From: an uncultured delta proteobacterium
GTDB taxonomy: Bacteria; Desulfobacterota; Binatia; UBA9968
Assembly (NCBI GenBank): GCA_963804165.1
Contig: CAWDPO010000040.1
Span: 32,001 to 96,000 of the forward strand
DNA: 64,000 nucleotides
Reading direction: 5' to 3'
Part shown: in pieces, positions 21,362 to 31,286 of the stretch
How the letters are laid out: each line of letters starts with the position of its first letter
Numbering within the stretch: the first letter of the stretch is position 1
Notes under the pieces: model-generated
Seen by the model: the letters and a program-made list of their open reading frames with translations, nothing else
Database searches by the model: none
What the model was told of the DNA's origin: nothing
Position numbers and translations under genes: made by a program

Positions 21362-22260
21362 AAACTACTGGCATCAATGAGAATCAGTTTCAAAAAATCA
21401 AAACACAGCCGGGTTTCATTGCGGCGCTCGATCAGAGCGGCGGCAGCACGCCTGGCGCGCTGAAAGCTTACGGGATCGAGGAGTATGCGTGGTCCAACGA
21501 AGAAGAAATGCTTCGGCTCGTCCATCAGATGCGGACGCGCATCATCACGAGCCCGAGCTTCACCGGCGATCGCATTCTCGGCGCGATCCTGTTCGAGAAT
21601 ACGATGGATAGAGACATCGAAGGGCAGCCCACGGCGGATTATCTCTGGAACGTCAAACGCGTTGTGCCGTTCCTCAAAATAGATAAAGGACTGGCAGCGG
21701 AGAAAGACGGTGTTCAGTTGATGAAGCCGATGCCTGATCTTCCAGCGCTGCTCGAGAAGGCTAAAGCGAAGCGCATCTTTGGAACCAAGATGCGATCGTT
21801 CATCAAACAATGCAACGGATTCGGTATCAAGGACATAGTGAGCCAGCAGTTCGAAGCCGCGCGCCAGATCATCGACGCCGGCCTCGTGCCGATCATCGAG
21901 CCCGAAGTGGATATTTATTGCCCGCTGAAAGGCAAGGCGGAAGAGTTGTTACAAGCGGAGATGATTAAGAACCTCAACGAACTCCCGGCGGGTGCGTGGG
22001 TCATGCTCAAGATCACGCTGCCGGATCGAGACGATTTCTATGCCGATTGCATCAACCATCCCAATGTGTTGAGGGTCGTTGCTCTGTCCGGCGGTTACAC
22101 GCGGGAACAAGCCAACGAAAAGCTGCGGCGGAATCATGGAATCGTGGCGAGCTTTTCGCGCGCCCTGGTCGAAGGCTTGTCGGCCCAGCAATCCGATGCC
22201 GAGTTCAACGCGGACCTCGATCGCTCTGTGCAAAGTATCTATGAGGCGTCGAACACCTGA
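21358..22260 (+). CDS. Fructose-bisphosphate aldolase class I (short bacterial type)
   Basis: '[13 protein letters not shown]', 'GTKMRS', 'PIIEPEV', 'ALSGGY', 'ASFSRAL'. Confidence 0.93.
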   Translation: MKTTGINENQFQKIKTQPGFIAALDQSGGSTPGALKAYGIEEYAWSNEEEMLRLVHQMRTRIITSPSFTGDRILGAILFENTMDRDIEGQPTADYLWNVKRVVPFLKIDKGLAAEKDGVQLMKPMPDLPALLEKAKAKRIFGTKMRSFIKQCNGFGIKDIVSQQFEAARQIIDAGLVPIIEPEVDIYCPLKGKAEELLQAEMIKNLNELPAGAWVMLKITLPDRDDFYADCINHPNVLRVVALSGGYTREQANEKLRRNHGIVASFSRALVEGLSAQQSDAEFNADLDRSVQSIYEASNT

Positions 22261-22408
22261 GCAAAAGCAATACTAATCGTAAGCGGGGAGGTTCAGTTCG
22301 CCCGAGCCGTACCGAAAATGATTCGATCGCATCGGGGGTGAACTTGACGTTGCCCTGGAAGCGCATGAGAAACTCAGCGCGGAGGACATTCGATCACGCA
22401 TTACATCG

Positions 22409-24472
22409 ATGGTAGAAGAAAACACAAAAGGCCGGAGTTCTCCCTTAGGTGCAACTGTTTCTCGGGAAGGAGCGAACTTCAGCGTCTACTCAAAGCACGC
22501 AACCGGAATCGAGCTCCTCTTGTTCGATCGCGCCGACGATGCTTGCCCCTCGAGCGTCATTCGCATCGATCCGGCGACGAACCGCACGTATCATTATTGG
22601 CACGTGTTCGTGCCTGGCGTAAAAGCCGGACAGATCTACGGCTACCGGGTTTCAGGAACATTCGATCCATCGAGCGGAATGCGTTTCGACGACCGTAAAC
22701 TTCTCCTCGATCCTTACGGGCTCGCCATTGCTGTGCCGCAAAATTACAGCCGCGATGCTGCGCGGCAGAACGGCGACAACACCGCAAGCGCCATGAAAAG
22801 CGTGGTGGCGGATGTGTCGGCTTACGATTGGGAGGGCGATATGCCACTACACCGACCGTCCTCCCGGACGATCATCTACGAGATGCACGTGCGCGGCTTC
22901 ACCCGCCATCCGAGTTCCGGTGTCGCGGTCAATAAACGGGGCACGTTCGCGGGGCTGATCGAGAAAATTCCTTATTTGCGTGAGCTCGGCGTGACTGCCA
23001 TCGAACTGATGCCGGTGTTTCAGTTCGATCCCCAGGATGCTCCGCCCGGGCTGGTCAATTACTGGGGTTACGCGCCGGTCTCGTTCTTTGCTGTGCATCA
23101 CACATACAGCTCGCGACGGGACCCGCTCGGCCCGCTGGACGAGTTCCGCGACATGGTCAAAGCACTGCATCGCGCCGGCATCGAGGTCATTCTCGACGTG
23201 GTCTTCAACCATACCGCCGAAGGCGACCATGGCGGGCCAACGCTGAGCTTCCGCGGCCTCGATAACAGCACGTATTATATTCTTGAACGGGATCGCTCCC
23301 GTTATGCCGACTACAGCGGCACGGGAAACACGCTAAACGCCAACCATCCGATCGTTCGCCGGATGATCATCGACAGCCTTCGCTACTGGGTCGAACAGAT
23401 GCACGTGGATGGATTCCGCTTTGATCTCGCTGCGATCCTCCAGCGCGACGACGAGGGCCAACCGATAAGAAACCCGCCCGTACTGTGGGACATCGAATCG
23501 GATCCGGCGCTCGCCGGTACCAAGCTCATCGCCGAAGCCTGGGACGCGGCGGGGCTCTACCAGGTCGGCAGCTTTCTAGGCGACAGTTGGAAAGAGTGGA
23601 ACGGACGATTCCGAGACGACGTACGGAGTTTCTTACGTGGCGATGAAGGCTTCGTAGGATACTTTGCTGACCGCTTGCTGGGCAGCCCCGCGATTTACGC
23701 CCATGAGGAACGCGAGGTCGAGCAGAGCGTCAATTACGTCACATGCCACGACGGATTTACCCTGAACGACCTCGTCTCCTACAGCCACAAACACAACGAA
23801 GGGAACGGGGAGAACAACCGCGACGGCACAGACGATAACCGAAGCTGGAATTGCGGCGTGGAAGGTCCGAGCGATGATCGCGCGGTCGAAAAAATCAGAA
23901 ACCGTCAGGTTAAAAATTTTCTGACGATAACAATGCTTTCTGCGGGAATACCGATGATTCTTATGGGCGATGAGGTGCGGCGGACGCAGTTCGGAAACAA
24001 CAATGCCTATTGTCAGGATAATGAAACCAGCTGGTTCGATTGGGATCTCCTCACGAAGCATGCAGACGTGCATCGGTTCGCTACGCTGCTGAATGCGCGG
24101 CGCCGTTTGCGGAATACGGCGATCGAACGCCAGCGCATAAGCCTCAACCGGCTCCTTCGTGCGGCCAATTTGACCTGGCATGGTGACAAAGTTGCCCAGC
24201 CCGACTGGGCCACATCTTCGCACAGTATCGCGCTCACAGTAGAAATGCGCGACGAGAGATTAAGGATTCACCTGATCGTGAACGCCTACTGGGAAGCTCT
24301 CGAGTTCGGGCTGCCGCAGGTCGACCGTCCAGAAAGCGCATGGCGCCGCTGGATCAACACTGCGCTCGACTCGCCGCAGGACATCGTCCACTGGGAAGCT
24401 GCTCTACCGATAACTTCATCCGCCGTACGGGCGGGACCCCGGTCGGTGATCGTTCTTTTCGCAGAGATTTGA
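22409..24472 (+). CDS. glgX: Glycogen debranching enzyme (isoamylase)
   Basis: GH13 motifs 'NYWGY', 'DVVFNHTAEG', 'DGFRFDLA', 'AEAWD', 'HDGFTLND'. Confidence 0.97.
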   Translation: MVEENTKGRSSPLGATVSREGANFSVYSKHATGIELLLFDRADDACPSSVIRIDPATNRTYHYWHVFVPGVKAGQIYGYRVSGTFDPSSGMRFDDRKLLLDPYGLAIAVPQNYSRDAARQNGDNTASAMKSVVADVSAYDWEGDMPLHRPSSRTIIYEMHVRGFTRHPSSGVAVNKRGTFAGLIEKIPYLRELGVTAIELMPVFQFDPQDAPPGLVNYWGYAPVSFFAVHHTYSSRRDPLGPLDEFRDMVKALHRAGIEVILDVVFNHTAEGDHGGPTLSFRGLDNSTYYILERDRSRYADYSGTGNTLNANHPIVRRMIIDSLRYWVEQMHVDGFRFDLAAILQRDDEGQPIRNPPVLWDIESDPALAGTKLIAEAWDAAGLYQVGSFLGDSWKEWNGRFRDDVRSFLRGDEGFVGYFADRLLGSPAIYAHEEREVEQSVNYVTCHDGFTLNDLVSYSHKHNEGNGENNRDGTDDNRSWNCGVEGPSDDRAVEKIRNRQVKNFLTITMLSAGIPMILMGDEVRRTQFGNNNAYCQDNETSWFDWDLLTKHADVHRFATLLNARRRLRNTAIERQRISLNRLLRAANLTWHGDKVAQPDWATSSHSIALTVEMRDERLRIHLIVNAYWEALEFGLPQVDRPESAWRRWINTALDSPQDIVHWEAALPITSSAVRAGPRSVIVLFAEI

Positions 24473-24827
24473 GGAGGCCCGGAAGAGTTCGTATCGTCGC
24501 GGCGTGCGGCTGGGCACCGTGAGTCGCGTGCGCGAAGAATTGCCGGCTGTCGACCGAAACTCCGGGTTATGCATGCAAACCGATCTGTGCGTCCTCTCTG
24601 CCCGATGACTGCAGAAGCGAGCTTACATACCCTTGCGTCGTCCGGGACGGCCAGGGAACAACAGAACGCGCAATCACCTGTCAGAACCCGCAACGACCCT
24701 CAGTCTGAGTCTCCCTCCTGAGCGCCCACGTAATTCTCGCCTGTCAATCCCCTCGAGTTCAGTGCGAACTGCCGATCTCGAATCGACTAGATCCGATCGG
24801 CGGTAGCGCACTGCCAGAGCCTGACTG

Positions 24828-25080
24828 TCATCTACCTTTCCTAGTTGACTTCCGCGCAGCGAGTTGCCCTTTGCGCGAGGCGTCGATCGACTCGCCGAGA
24901 ATGCGCGCGGCTTTGGCTTCCTGGGGCGCGTGAAAGCCCGTGGAGTTCTCCGCTTCGACGAAATCGAGATAGAACTGCGCCGTGCGCTGGAAGTTACGCG
25001 CGGCGTCGAGTTGTTTGTCTTCCGCGCCAGACGCTTTAGCCTTCTTCAAATCATCGGTCAGAGCGACCAGCGCATCCGTG
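24828..25080 (-). pseudogene. nrfA: C-terminal fragment of ammonia-forming cytochrome c nitrite reductase (NrfA/c552)
   Basis: 'DALVALTDDLKKAK..QRTAQFYLDFVEAENSTGFHAPQEA..ARILGESID'; no CXXCH region upstream. Confidence 0.75.
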
Positions 25081-25979
25081 GCCAGTTGTGGTCGCTGTCG
25101 GACCTGTCATCAAGATTCCCGAGCAAGAGCTCCAAGGCAGCATTGAAACGATGCAGAAAATGGTCATCATATTGGATGCAGCAGGCGCTAGCAGATTCCA
25201 CTTTGCTGTTTCTGTGCACTCGCCCGACGATTGAACGGTACGAGTTCCAATGTCTAGCATAGTCTTAAACTGTCCGGCTAAAGCTAACATCGATGGTGGG
25301 CAACTTTGGGGGCATGAGACATTTTGCGGGAGTCAAACATGAGTCCAATTGATCACTTACACCCGAAGTATAGTTTCCCCCGCCTCCACCATTCACTCAT
25401 CCCACCTAATCCGTCAGTTGGCGAATTATTTGGACTGGGCGGGAGATTGCGGGAAAGCCGGGCGGACGGCGAGAAATTAAGCTAAACCGGCCAATTAGTC
25501 CATCCATTTACGGCAACAATCGCAGCCGAAGGCTGACACCCAATCCTTCCATTATTTGAAAATCCAACGGACAGTGGCGAGCTGTTTGAGACCAGCGGGG
25601 CGGCGGGTTCCCAGCGTTCACAGCCTAAGCACGCGAAATTAACCCTATTTCGACGCGCGGCGTGCGCTCCGATCGCGCTTCGACGCGCGTCCGTAGAATC
25701 TGAATCCAACGGAAATCCTACGGGAAGTCATTTAAGGCCGATATTAAGGGAAAGCTAATCGACGAAGCCTATGGAAGAACCAAAATAGGCTTTCAATCGA
25801 AGCAGAGAAAAACCCAAAGGCATGGAGGAGTGTGAAGCATGGCGAAAATCGAGGTAGGGGCCTAATAAGCATCCGACCCTCCTCAGTCGCCGGTGCCGCG
25901 GATTGCAGCTGAGTAGCATTCTAAGATGGGCTATGCTACGGTCACCGGATTTAGCAAAACAACCAGGAGGAAAGGTAGT

Positions 25980-26303
25980 ATGAAGCCCACTGCATGGGAT
26001 TTTCGTAACAAACTAATGGCTATTCTGAACGTGGCGAAGCATAGTGGCAAGCCTTACGTAGATGTAGAATCGGGGCATCTCCACAGAGAGCTCGGGGGTG
26101 ACTCAAACTCCCATCATAGGCTGCCTATTTTTCATGAGGTAATGACCAAGATGATGCGTCCCGGTGATTCAATTTTAAAAGAAGCTCGCCACGGGGACGG
26201 CGCAACGATGCTGATTCGTTATATTCTTAATGCCAAGCATGACAACCGAGAAGTTACAAAATCCGCTCTAGGAGACTTGTCGGTCGATAACTCGGCAATG
26301 TAA
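25980..26303 (+). CDS. Hypothetical protein
   Basis: AGGAGGAAAGG upstream; 'GHLHRELGG...HRLP...MRPGD..TMLIRY' pattern. Confidence 0.6.
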   Translation: MKPTAWDFRNKLMAILNVAKHSGKPYVDVESGHLHRELGGDSNSHHRLPIFHEVMTKMMRPGDSILKEARHGDGATMLIRYILNAKHDNREVTKSALGDLSVDNSAM

Positions 26304-26372
26304 TTCTCACGTCGCTATCGGCGCGTAGCCAGCCGGGAGCGCGTCCGTCACTTCGCGGCATTCTTCCCGCAT

Positions 26373-26846
26373 TCACGCAAGGCGTAACTGCTCCAGTGAT
26401 GCGCGGGCGGCTCCGCCACTGATGTCTGGAACGATGCTCAGTTCGAGTGTGGTCACCTCGTCGAGATCCACACGATAGTCCTCGTACTCGCTAGTCGTAC
26501 CGGGAGGGCTGAAATTATACTGCTGCCGGACGATTTCCCGATAGGACTGCCCACCGTTTGATGACCAACGCAGCACAAACTGCTGAGTGCGCTCCAACTC
26601 ATCTTCGCGAAACTCTAAGTGCATACGTTTGATTCTCTGCGGCGGGTCAAACATAAGGCGCACGGTCTGTGGTCCCGATTGAGCCGCTCGCCAACCCGAT
26701 TCGCTCCCCGGCAGTAATCCTGACTCGATAGGATGGGCCGCGTCCTCCGAGGTTACCTCTACCTGCGCCAAAACGTCTAAGTTCAACCAATCCTGATTCG
26801 AGGCCGCTACGTGGCGCGGATGTTGGGCGACAATCCGTTTGAGCAT
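26373..26846 (-). CDS. Discoidin/galactose-binding-like carbohydrate-binding protein
   Basis: AAGGAGG RBS; 'VEVTSED..HPIE..GWRA..GPQ..R.QQFVLRWS..REIVRQQYNFSP'. Confidence 0.75.
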   Translation of the reverse strand: MLKRIVAQHPRHVAASNQDWLNLDVLAQVEVTSEDAAHPIESGLLPGSESGWRAAQSGPQTVRLMFDPPQRIKRMHLEFREDELERTQQFVLRWSSNGGQSYREIVRQQYNFSPPGTTSEYEDYRVDLDEVTTLELSIVPDISGGAARASLEQLRLA

Positions 26847-27424
26847 GACTTACCTCCTTACGATCAATCGCAGCTAGGACAGATCCAAGTGTGCACCAAA
26901 TTTCTTGAGCATTAAAGAGCATCGGTTGGCTAGAGTTTCGGAGCTAAACCCGTCGCTTTTGCTGAAAGCAAAAGGCGAACAGTGAGTAACCAAGCCAGAT
27001 TCTTGGCTCCAAACCCGTGACGCGGCGGACTTCCGAATACCTAGAAAGAGAATCCCCCAAAACGTGCTTCCGCGCGGAGCAAATTCTCAACTGACGGCTT
27101 TGGTATCGATGATCCGCAAAGACTAAAAAACCCTCGGGCGGCGTTATCACGCCGATCATCTCTTTCCTTAACCGGGAGTACGGTGATATGGCGCGTGCCA
27201 TCCTGAGAGTGCCGTGAAACAAGTGTCGCTGGGAGTTGCATTGTGAGTGCCTGCCATAAACGCATGCAGGATGGCCTTGGTCCCTCCATACGCTCTCGCC
27301 TACTTCGCGATGGCGAAAGATCCGGAGAGCTCAGGCCTCAGTGCTGTTGACGGTGCATGCTAATTTTATATGACGTGAGATTTTGCACTTCGGTCGGTAG
27401 ACTATACAGACAGCACCAGTTGTC

Positions 27425-27535
27425 TTATGTGCAGCCGCGCACGAGAAACAAAATCACTAAGATTGGAACCGGTATACCGATCAGCCAGAGTAACACCCAA
27501 CCGATAGCGCCCGTCTGATTTTTTAGTATTTCCAT
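27425..27535 (-). CDS. Small membrane protein, 36 aa
   Basis: MEILKNQTGAIGWVLLWLIGIPVPILVILFLVRGCT; AAAGGAG RBS; sigma54 motif upstream. Confidence 0.75.
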   Translation of the reverse strand: MEILKNQTGAIGWVLLWLIGIPVPILVILFLVRGCT

Positions 27536-27561
27536 AACTTCTCCTTTCACTGGTGAATAGC

Positions 27562-27576
27562 GCAATCGATATGCCA
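27562..27576 (-). promoter_or_regulatory. sigma54 promoter motif
   Basis: TGGCAT-ATCGA-TTGC on the minus strand. Confidence 0.65.
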
Positions 27577-27818
27577 GAGCGAAATTCGTTAATTTTCGCG
27601 CGAATCGGGGAATCGTCCTATTGATATGCGTAGACATTTACCTTAACCGGAAGAGAAAATCGGACGAATAGTTTGAGACTGAACTCAAGCCCATATTGGC
27701 TTTAAATCGCGCTCGCGTCAGGCTTTTCCAAACCAAAGAAGATACACAGCATTTCTTAAGGAGGATGCGATCGCCGGCGCTGCCGTCCATGCCGAAGCGC
27801 GAGCAAAGATTTCCTCTC

Positions 27819-27855
27819 AAAAAAATGGGGAGGAGATCGCTCTCCTCCCCATTTT
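27819..27855 (-). terminator. Intrinsic terminator
   Basis: ATGGGGAGGAGA-TCGC-TCTCCTCCCCAT hairpin with a T-tract on the minus strand, after the 27878 ORF. Confidence 0.8.
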
Positions 27856-27877
27856 ATCTCAGTCCCTCTCGAACGCG

Positions 27878-28183
27878 TTACGTCAGATCAAATTCTTGTT
27901 CCATTTCGTCGTCAGAGCACAGCACGTAAAGATCGACGATCTCACCAGTGGTTGGGTCAACTACGCTTCCCTGGTAGCAGTAATCGACGGCCACTATTTC
28001 AAAAGGCTCTGTCCGATTGTCTTGGTCAACCGACTCCTTGGTCGGGGACTCCCATGTGTATGCCTGCACCGCATTGCTGTCAGGATTCATGGGGCCTGGA
28101 ATACCGTCTGCAAGCGCTTTCGTTGGATGAGTCAACAATGCTCCTGTCAAAATCAGACTTCGCACATAAGTATGTCGCCTCAT
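27878..28183 (-). CDS. Hypothetical secreted acidic protein
   Basis: AAGGAGG RBS; signal peptide ending 'ALA'; two Cys; flanked by promoter motif and terminator. Confidence 0.7.
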   Translation of the reverse strand: MRRHTYVRSLILTGALLTHPTKALADGIPGPMNPDSNAVQAYTWESPTKESVDQDNRTEPFEIVAVDYCYQGSVVDPTTGEIVDLYVLCSDDEMEQEFDLT

Positions 28184-28220
28184 GATTTCTCCCTCCTTTC
28201 TGTCCCATTTAGATCAATCC

Positions 28221-28235
28221 GCAAACTCAGTGCCA
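28221..28235 (-). promoter_or_regulatory. sigma54 promoter motif
   Basis: TGGCAC-TGAGT-TTGC on the minus strand. Confidence 0.7.
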
Positions 28236-28760
28236 AGCTAGCGGCGCTATTTTATCTTGTTTCTCGCAGGCAGAAATTGATGTGTCTCAATCAATGGACA
28301 GTGGATTTGCCAATGTTCACGTTCTCGGACATGGCGATCCGTGGACCGATGCTCGACGACGCGCAGAGAGAACGTCTCCGGTAGAAATATGAAAAAAAGC
28401 TAGGTAGCGCGCGGCTCGAGGCGAAAACGACTCGACTAAACGAGGGAAGTTTTTCGGATTACCGGCATTTCACACCAGCAGTCCGTTTCAACCAATGTGG
28501 CTAGCACGTACCAATGCGGCGGGCCTGTATTGTGATCGCCAGCGCGCTGCGCGAAGCGCAGCGCGCGAAAGATCGAGGTTGCTCGGAATTAGCGGCGCGA
28601 TTTTCTCGCTTTCGCCGCCTGTTGTCCAAGCGCGAGCAGGGTTCTTTTTGGCAAGCGCTTCAGAGTTTGCTTGCGTTTAGCGGCGCGAGCAGCTGCCTTT
28701 CACGAGCATCAACAAATTGATATGCTGAGCGTTTCGATGAGTGTCTTCAGCGACCTTGAA

Positions 28761-29363
28761 TCAACCCGGGTTCCCTGTTTTCACCTCGGCGCGTGAGATC
28801 AGCCACCGACCCTCGCGTCTAATTTGATGCAGAACATACGATCCCGTCGCGGAGTTGGTAAACCCCAGTATTTTTAAGCCCTCGAGCTGGTACGTGCCTT
28901 TCACGGTCGCGCGATCAGCGTCCGATTGAGAAACATCGTCCACGGTGTTGCTCAGCGTCGTGTCCTTCAACATGCCGGCACGTTTATCCGCGATCGTCCT
29001 TTCGATTTCCGCGCGAGATTGGATCTGAGAACCTGCGGGAATGATGAGCACGCCGTCGGATGAGAACATCTTCGCAATATCGTCGGCGTGTCCTTGGTTC
29101 CAAGCACGCACCAGTTCTTTGATGGTTCGATCCGGTGCCGCTGCCGAATTTTCGGACGGCAACACGTTTTTCTCGCCGGGTTTACTTCTTTCGGCGGTTT
29201 TGGATGGTGATTTTGACCGGGAGGACTTTTCGTAGCCTGTCGTTCGTTGGTGATGTAAATGACGCACGGCGACCAGCGTAAGCAGAGCGATAGCCACTGT
29301 CAAAATTCCTAGGATGATCCAGGAATCGGATGAGTAGCGCCGCTTTTGTGACTCCATTGTCAT
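28761..29363 (-). CDS. Membrane-anchored NTF2/SnoaL-like (DUF4440-type) protein
   Basis: N-terminal TM; 'RAWNQGHADDIAKMFSSDG' ... 'RREGRWLI'. Confidence 0.75.
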   Translation of the reverse strand: MTMESQKRRYSSDSWIILGILTVAIALLTLVAVRHLHHQRTTGYEKSSRSKSPSKTAERSKPGEKNVLPSENSAAAPDRTIKELVRAWNQGHADDIAKMFSSDGVLIIPAGSQIQSRAEIERTIADKRAGMLKDTTLSNTVDDVSQSDADRATVKGTYQLEGLKILGFTNSATGSYVLHQIRREGRWLISRAEVKTGNPG

Positions 29364-29548
29364 TTCTTTTTCGATTTCCTTTGTGGAACTTTGCCACCCG
29401 CGCGCCGCGCTTCAGATAGCCCAATCGCAATTGCTTGCTTACGACTTTTCACTGTTTTTCCGGAGCGACCGCTTTTCAGTTTGCCTCGTTTGCGTTCGTG
29501 CATCGCTCGCTTAACTTTTTGCTGTGCCTTCTTGCCATATCTAGCCAT
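29360..29548 (-). CDS. DUF6496-type small basic protein
   Basis: 'KVKRAMHERKRGKLKSGRSGKTVKSRKQAIAIGLSEARR'; AAGGAGG RBS. Confidence 0.85.
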   Translation of the reverse strand: MARYGKKAQQKVKRAMHERKRGKLKSGRSGKTVKSRKQAIAIGLSEARRAGGKVPQRKSKKK

Positions 29549-29710
29549 TAGGATTGACCTCCTTTTGCATAAACTAGTGCGGTGTTCCTACATCTCTTGC
29601 CTTCGGTTTGCTGCCTTCGTTCGAACAGTTCCTTTTACTTTATGATGATCTTGTTTGAGAAGTTCTAGTGCGTCCATTGGGAGCACCACAATATTTTATT
29701 ATCGGAGGTG

Positions 29711-29725
29711 GCAAGAGATGTGCCA
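29711..29725 (-). promoter_or_regulatory. sigma54 promoter motif
   Basis: TGGCAC-ATCTC-TTGC on the minus strand, upstream of the DUF6496 gene. Confidence 0.65.
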
Positions 29726-30079
29726 ATAGCTCTATGGACGAATGCTGCATGCGAAAACCTTCTCGAGATGCGGCAAATCGCCGTGAGCCGGAAAGCGAGT
29801 CGCTCTGTACCATTCGCCGGACGACGTTAGTTTTTCTGTTTAAGATTCGCGACAAAGATCATTGTCCGCGATCTCAGGCTTGCATCAGCCATATCTTTGG
29901 TAGAACCGAAGTACGTCATTTCCATACGAGCTGTAGACTTTATGTTACAAACCGCCGCTCTCTAACGCGGCTAATTCCCGACGCGAAAATCAGTATTTTC
30001 GCTGACAATGATTCCGGTATTAACGGACACTTTTTCGGGCACCTCAGGATTTTTACAAGGAGGGTGGGCCATGCATTGG

Positions 30080-30094
30080 TGGCATGGGCCTTGC
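30080..30094 (+). promoter_or_regulatory. sigma54 promoter motif
   Basis: TGGCAT-GGGCC-TTGC upstream of the PG-binding gene. Confidence 0.65.
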
Positions 30095-30152
30095 GTTTTT
30101 ACGTTGCAGAGAACGCAAGTTCTCTAAAATATTTTTGGGAAGGAGACGGAAC

Positions 30153-30632
30153 GTGAAAAAACATAAAGCCATCTTGAGAGTGGTTCTTGTCGGAGGAGTT
30201 ATTGGAGCTCTGGCGAGTCCGGTATTGTCACAGGAAGTTCCGGGAGAACGTCGACAACCTGGCCAAAATCTAGCGCGACCCGGCGATAACGAGAATATTC
30301 CCGGCATGCGCGGCCAGGGAACCCCTGAACTATCAAAAAATGATATGCGGATGGTTGAGGAAGCATTGAAGTCCAAGGGATATAATCCGGGCCAAATCGA
30401 CGGAGTGGTAGACGATACAAATCGGTCCGCGATTCGCTCGTTCCAAAAGGACAACGGTATTCCACTCACTGGTGCTGTCGACCAGAGTACGGCCGAAAAG
30501 CTTGGCTTGAGTGTTAGCTCGCGCTCAAGTACATCAAAAAATCGTCCAGGTCGCGAAGGCTCGCCAACTAACGAAGGTCGAAGTCAGGGACGCGATTCAG
30601 ACCAAAATGTCCCGCAAGATACTCGCAAATAA
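30153..30632 (+). CDS. Secreted peptidoglycan-binding domain protein
   Basis: AAGGAG + GTG start; signal peptide; 'EALKSKGYNPGQIDGVVD..TRSAIRSFQKDNGIPLTG'. Confidence 0.85.
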   Translation: MKKHKAILRVVLVGGVIGALASPVLSQEVPGERRQPGQNLARPGDNENIPGMRGQGTPELSKNDMRMVEEALKSKGYNPGQIDGVVDDTNRSAIRSFQKDNGIPLTGAVDQSTAEKLGLSVSSRSSTSKNRPGREGSPTNEGRSQGRDSDQNVPQDTRK

Positions 30633-30682
30633 CCCGGCGGCCGCTTTGCGCGGCTAAGCAAATTGACAAGGGGCAAGCAAGC

Positions 30683-30712
30683 AATGCGGCGGCGGAAAAT
30701 CGCCGCCGCATT
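30683..30712. terminator. GC-rich hairpin (possible terminator or stability element)
   Basis: AATGCGGCGGCG-GAAAAT-CGCCGCCGCATT; no long T-tract. Confidence 0.45.
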
Positions 30713-30783
30713 ACTGCACCGGTCCTGAGGGGAGCTGCACAATCCGCCGTAGTAGAATTCAGCATAAAAGCAGGAGAGTTTCC

Positions 30784-31278
30784 ATGGAGACTTCAGCAGA
30801 CGCAGATCGCGTAAGAGCCAACACGGCAGCGGAAATTAATTGGCGCATCGATCGGCAGATCGAGGAGAACGTCCGCCGCTATACCAACCGGCCAAAGGAA
30901 GAGATTGCTCGCCGTATCTGGGAATTGGAGCAAGAGTGGGACATCGAGCGTGTTTTACAACTTTTGGCGTCTACCATCTCAGTCACCGGGATTTTCTTGA
31001 GTGTTGGGCGCGATAGACGTTGGATCATCCTGCCGGGCCTGGTGCTTTCATTCTTGTTTCTACATGTCGTTCAAGGCTGGTGCCCTCCTGTCCCGGTGCT
31101 TCGTCGTAGCCTCGACGCACTGATTTCTTGCTGTCCCATTTACTACAGCAGTCACTTTCCGTCTGCCGCGCGCTTTAGGTTCACGAAAATCATTTTCCAT
31201 CAACCCCTTTTTCGGGACGACTCCGGCGAAGATCACTGGCGTTTCGCGAATATGCGCGAGTTGTTAGCTAGTTGTTAG
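30784..31278 (+). CDS. DUF2892/YgaP-like membrane protein, C-terminus probably replaced
   Basis: 'ELEQEWDIERVL', 'FLFLHVVQGWCPPVPVLRR'; the tail after this looks non-homologous. Confidence 0.65.
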   Translation: METSADADRVRANTAAEINWRIDRQIEENVRRYTNRPKEEIARRIWELEQEWDIERVLQLLASTISVTGIFLSVGRDRRWIILPGLVLSFLFLHVVQGWCPPVPVLRRSLDALISCCPIYYSSHFPSAARFRFTKIIFHQPLFRDDSGEDHWRFANMRELLASC

Positions 31279-31286
31279 CCGATCTA

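Noticed and set aside
25891-25906. CGGTGC..ATTGC as a sigma54 promoter
   Set aside because: GG-to-GC spacing is off by one base; sigma54 spacing is strict.
26884-26898. TGGTGC..TTGG upstream of the carbohydrate-binding gene
   Set aside because: No GC at the -12 position.
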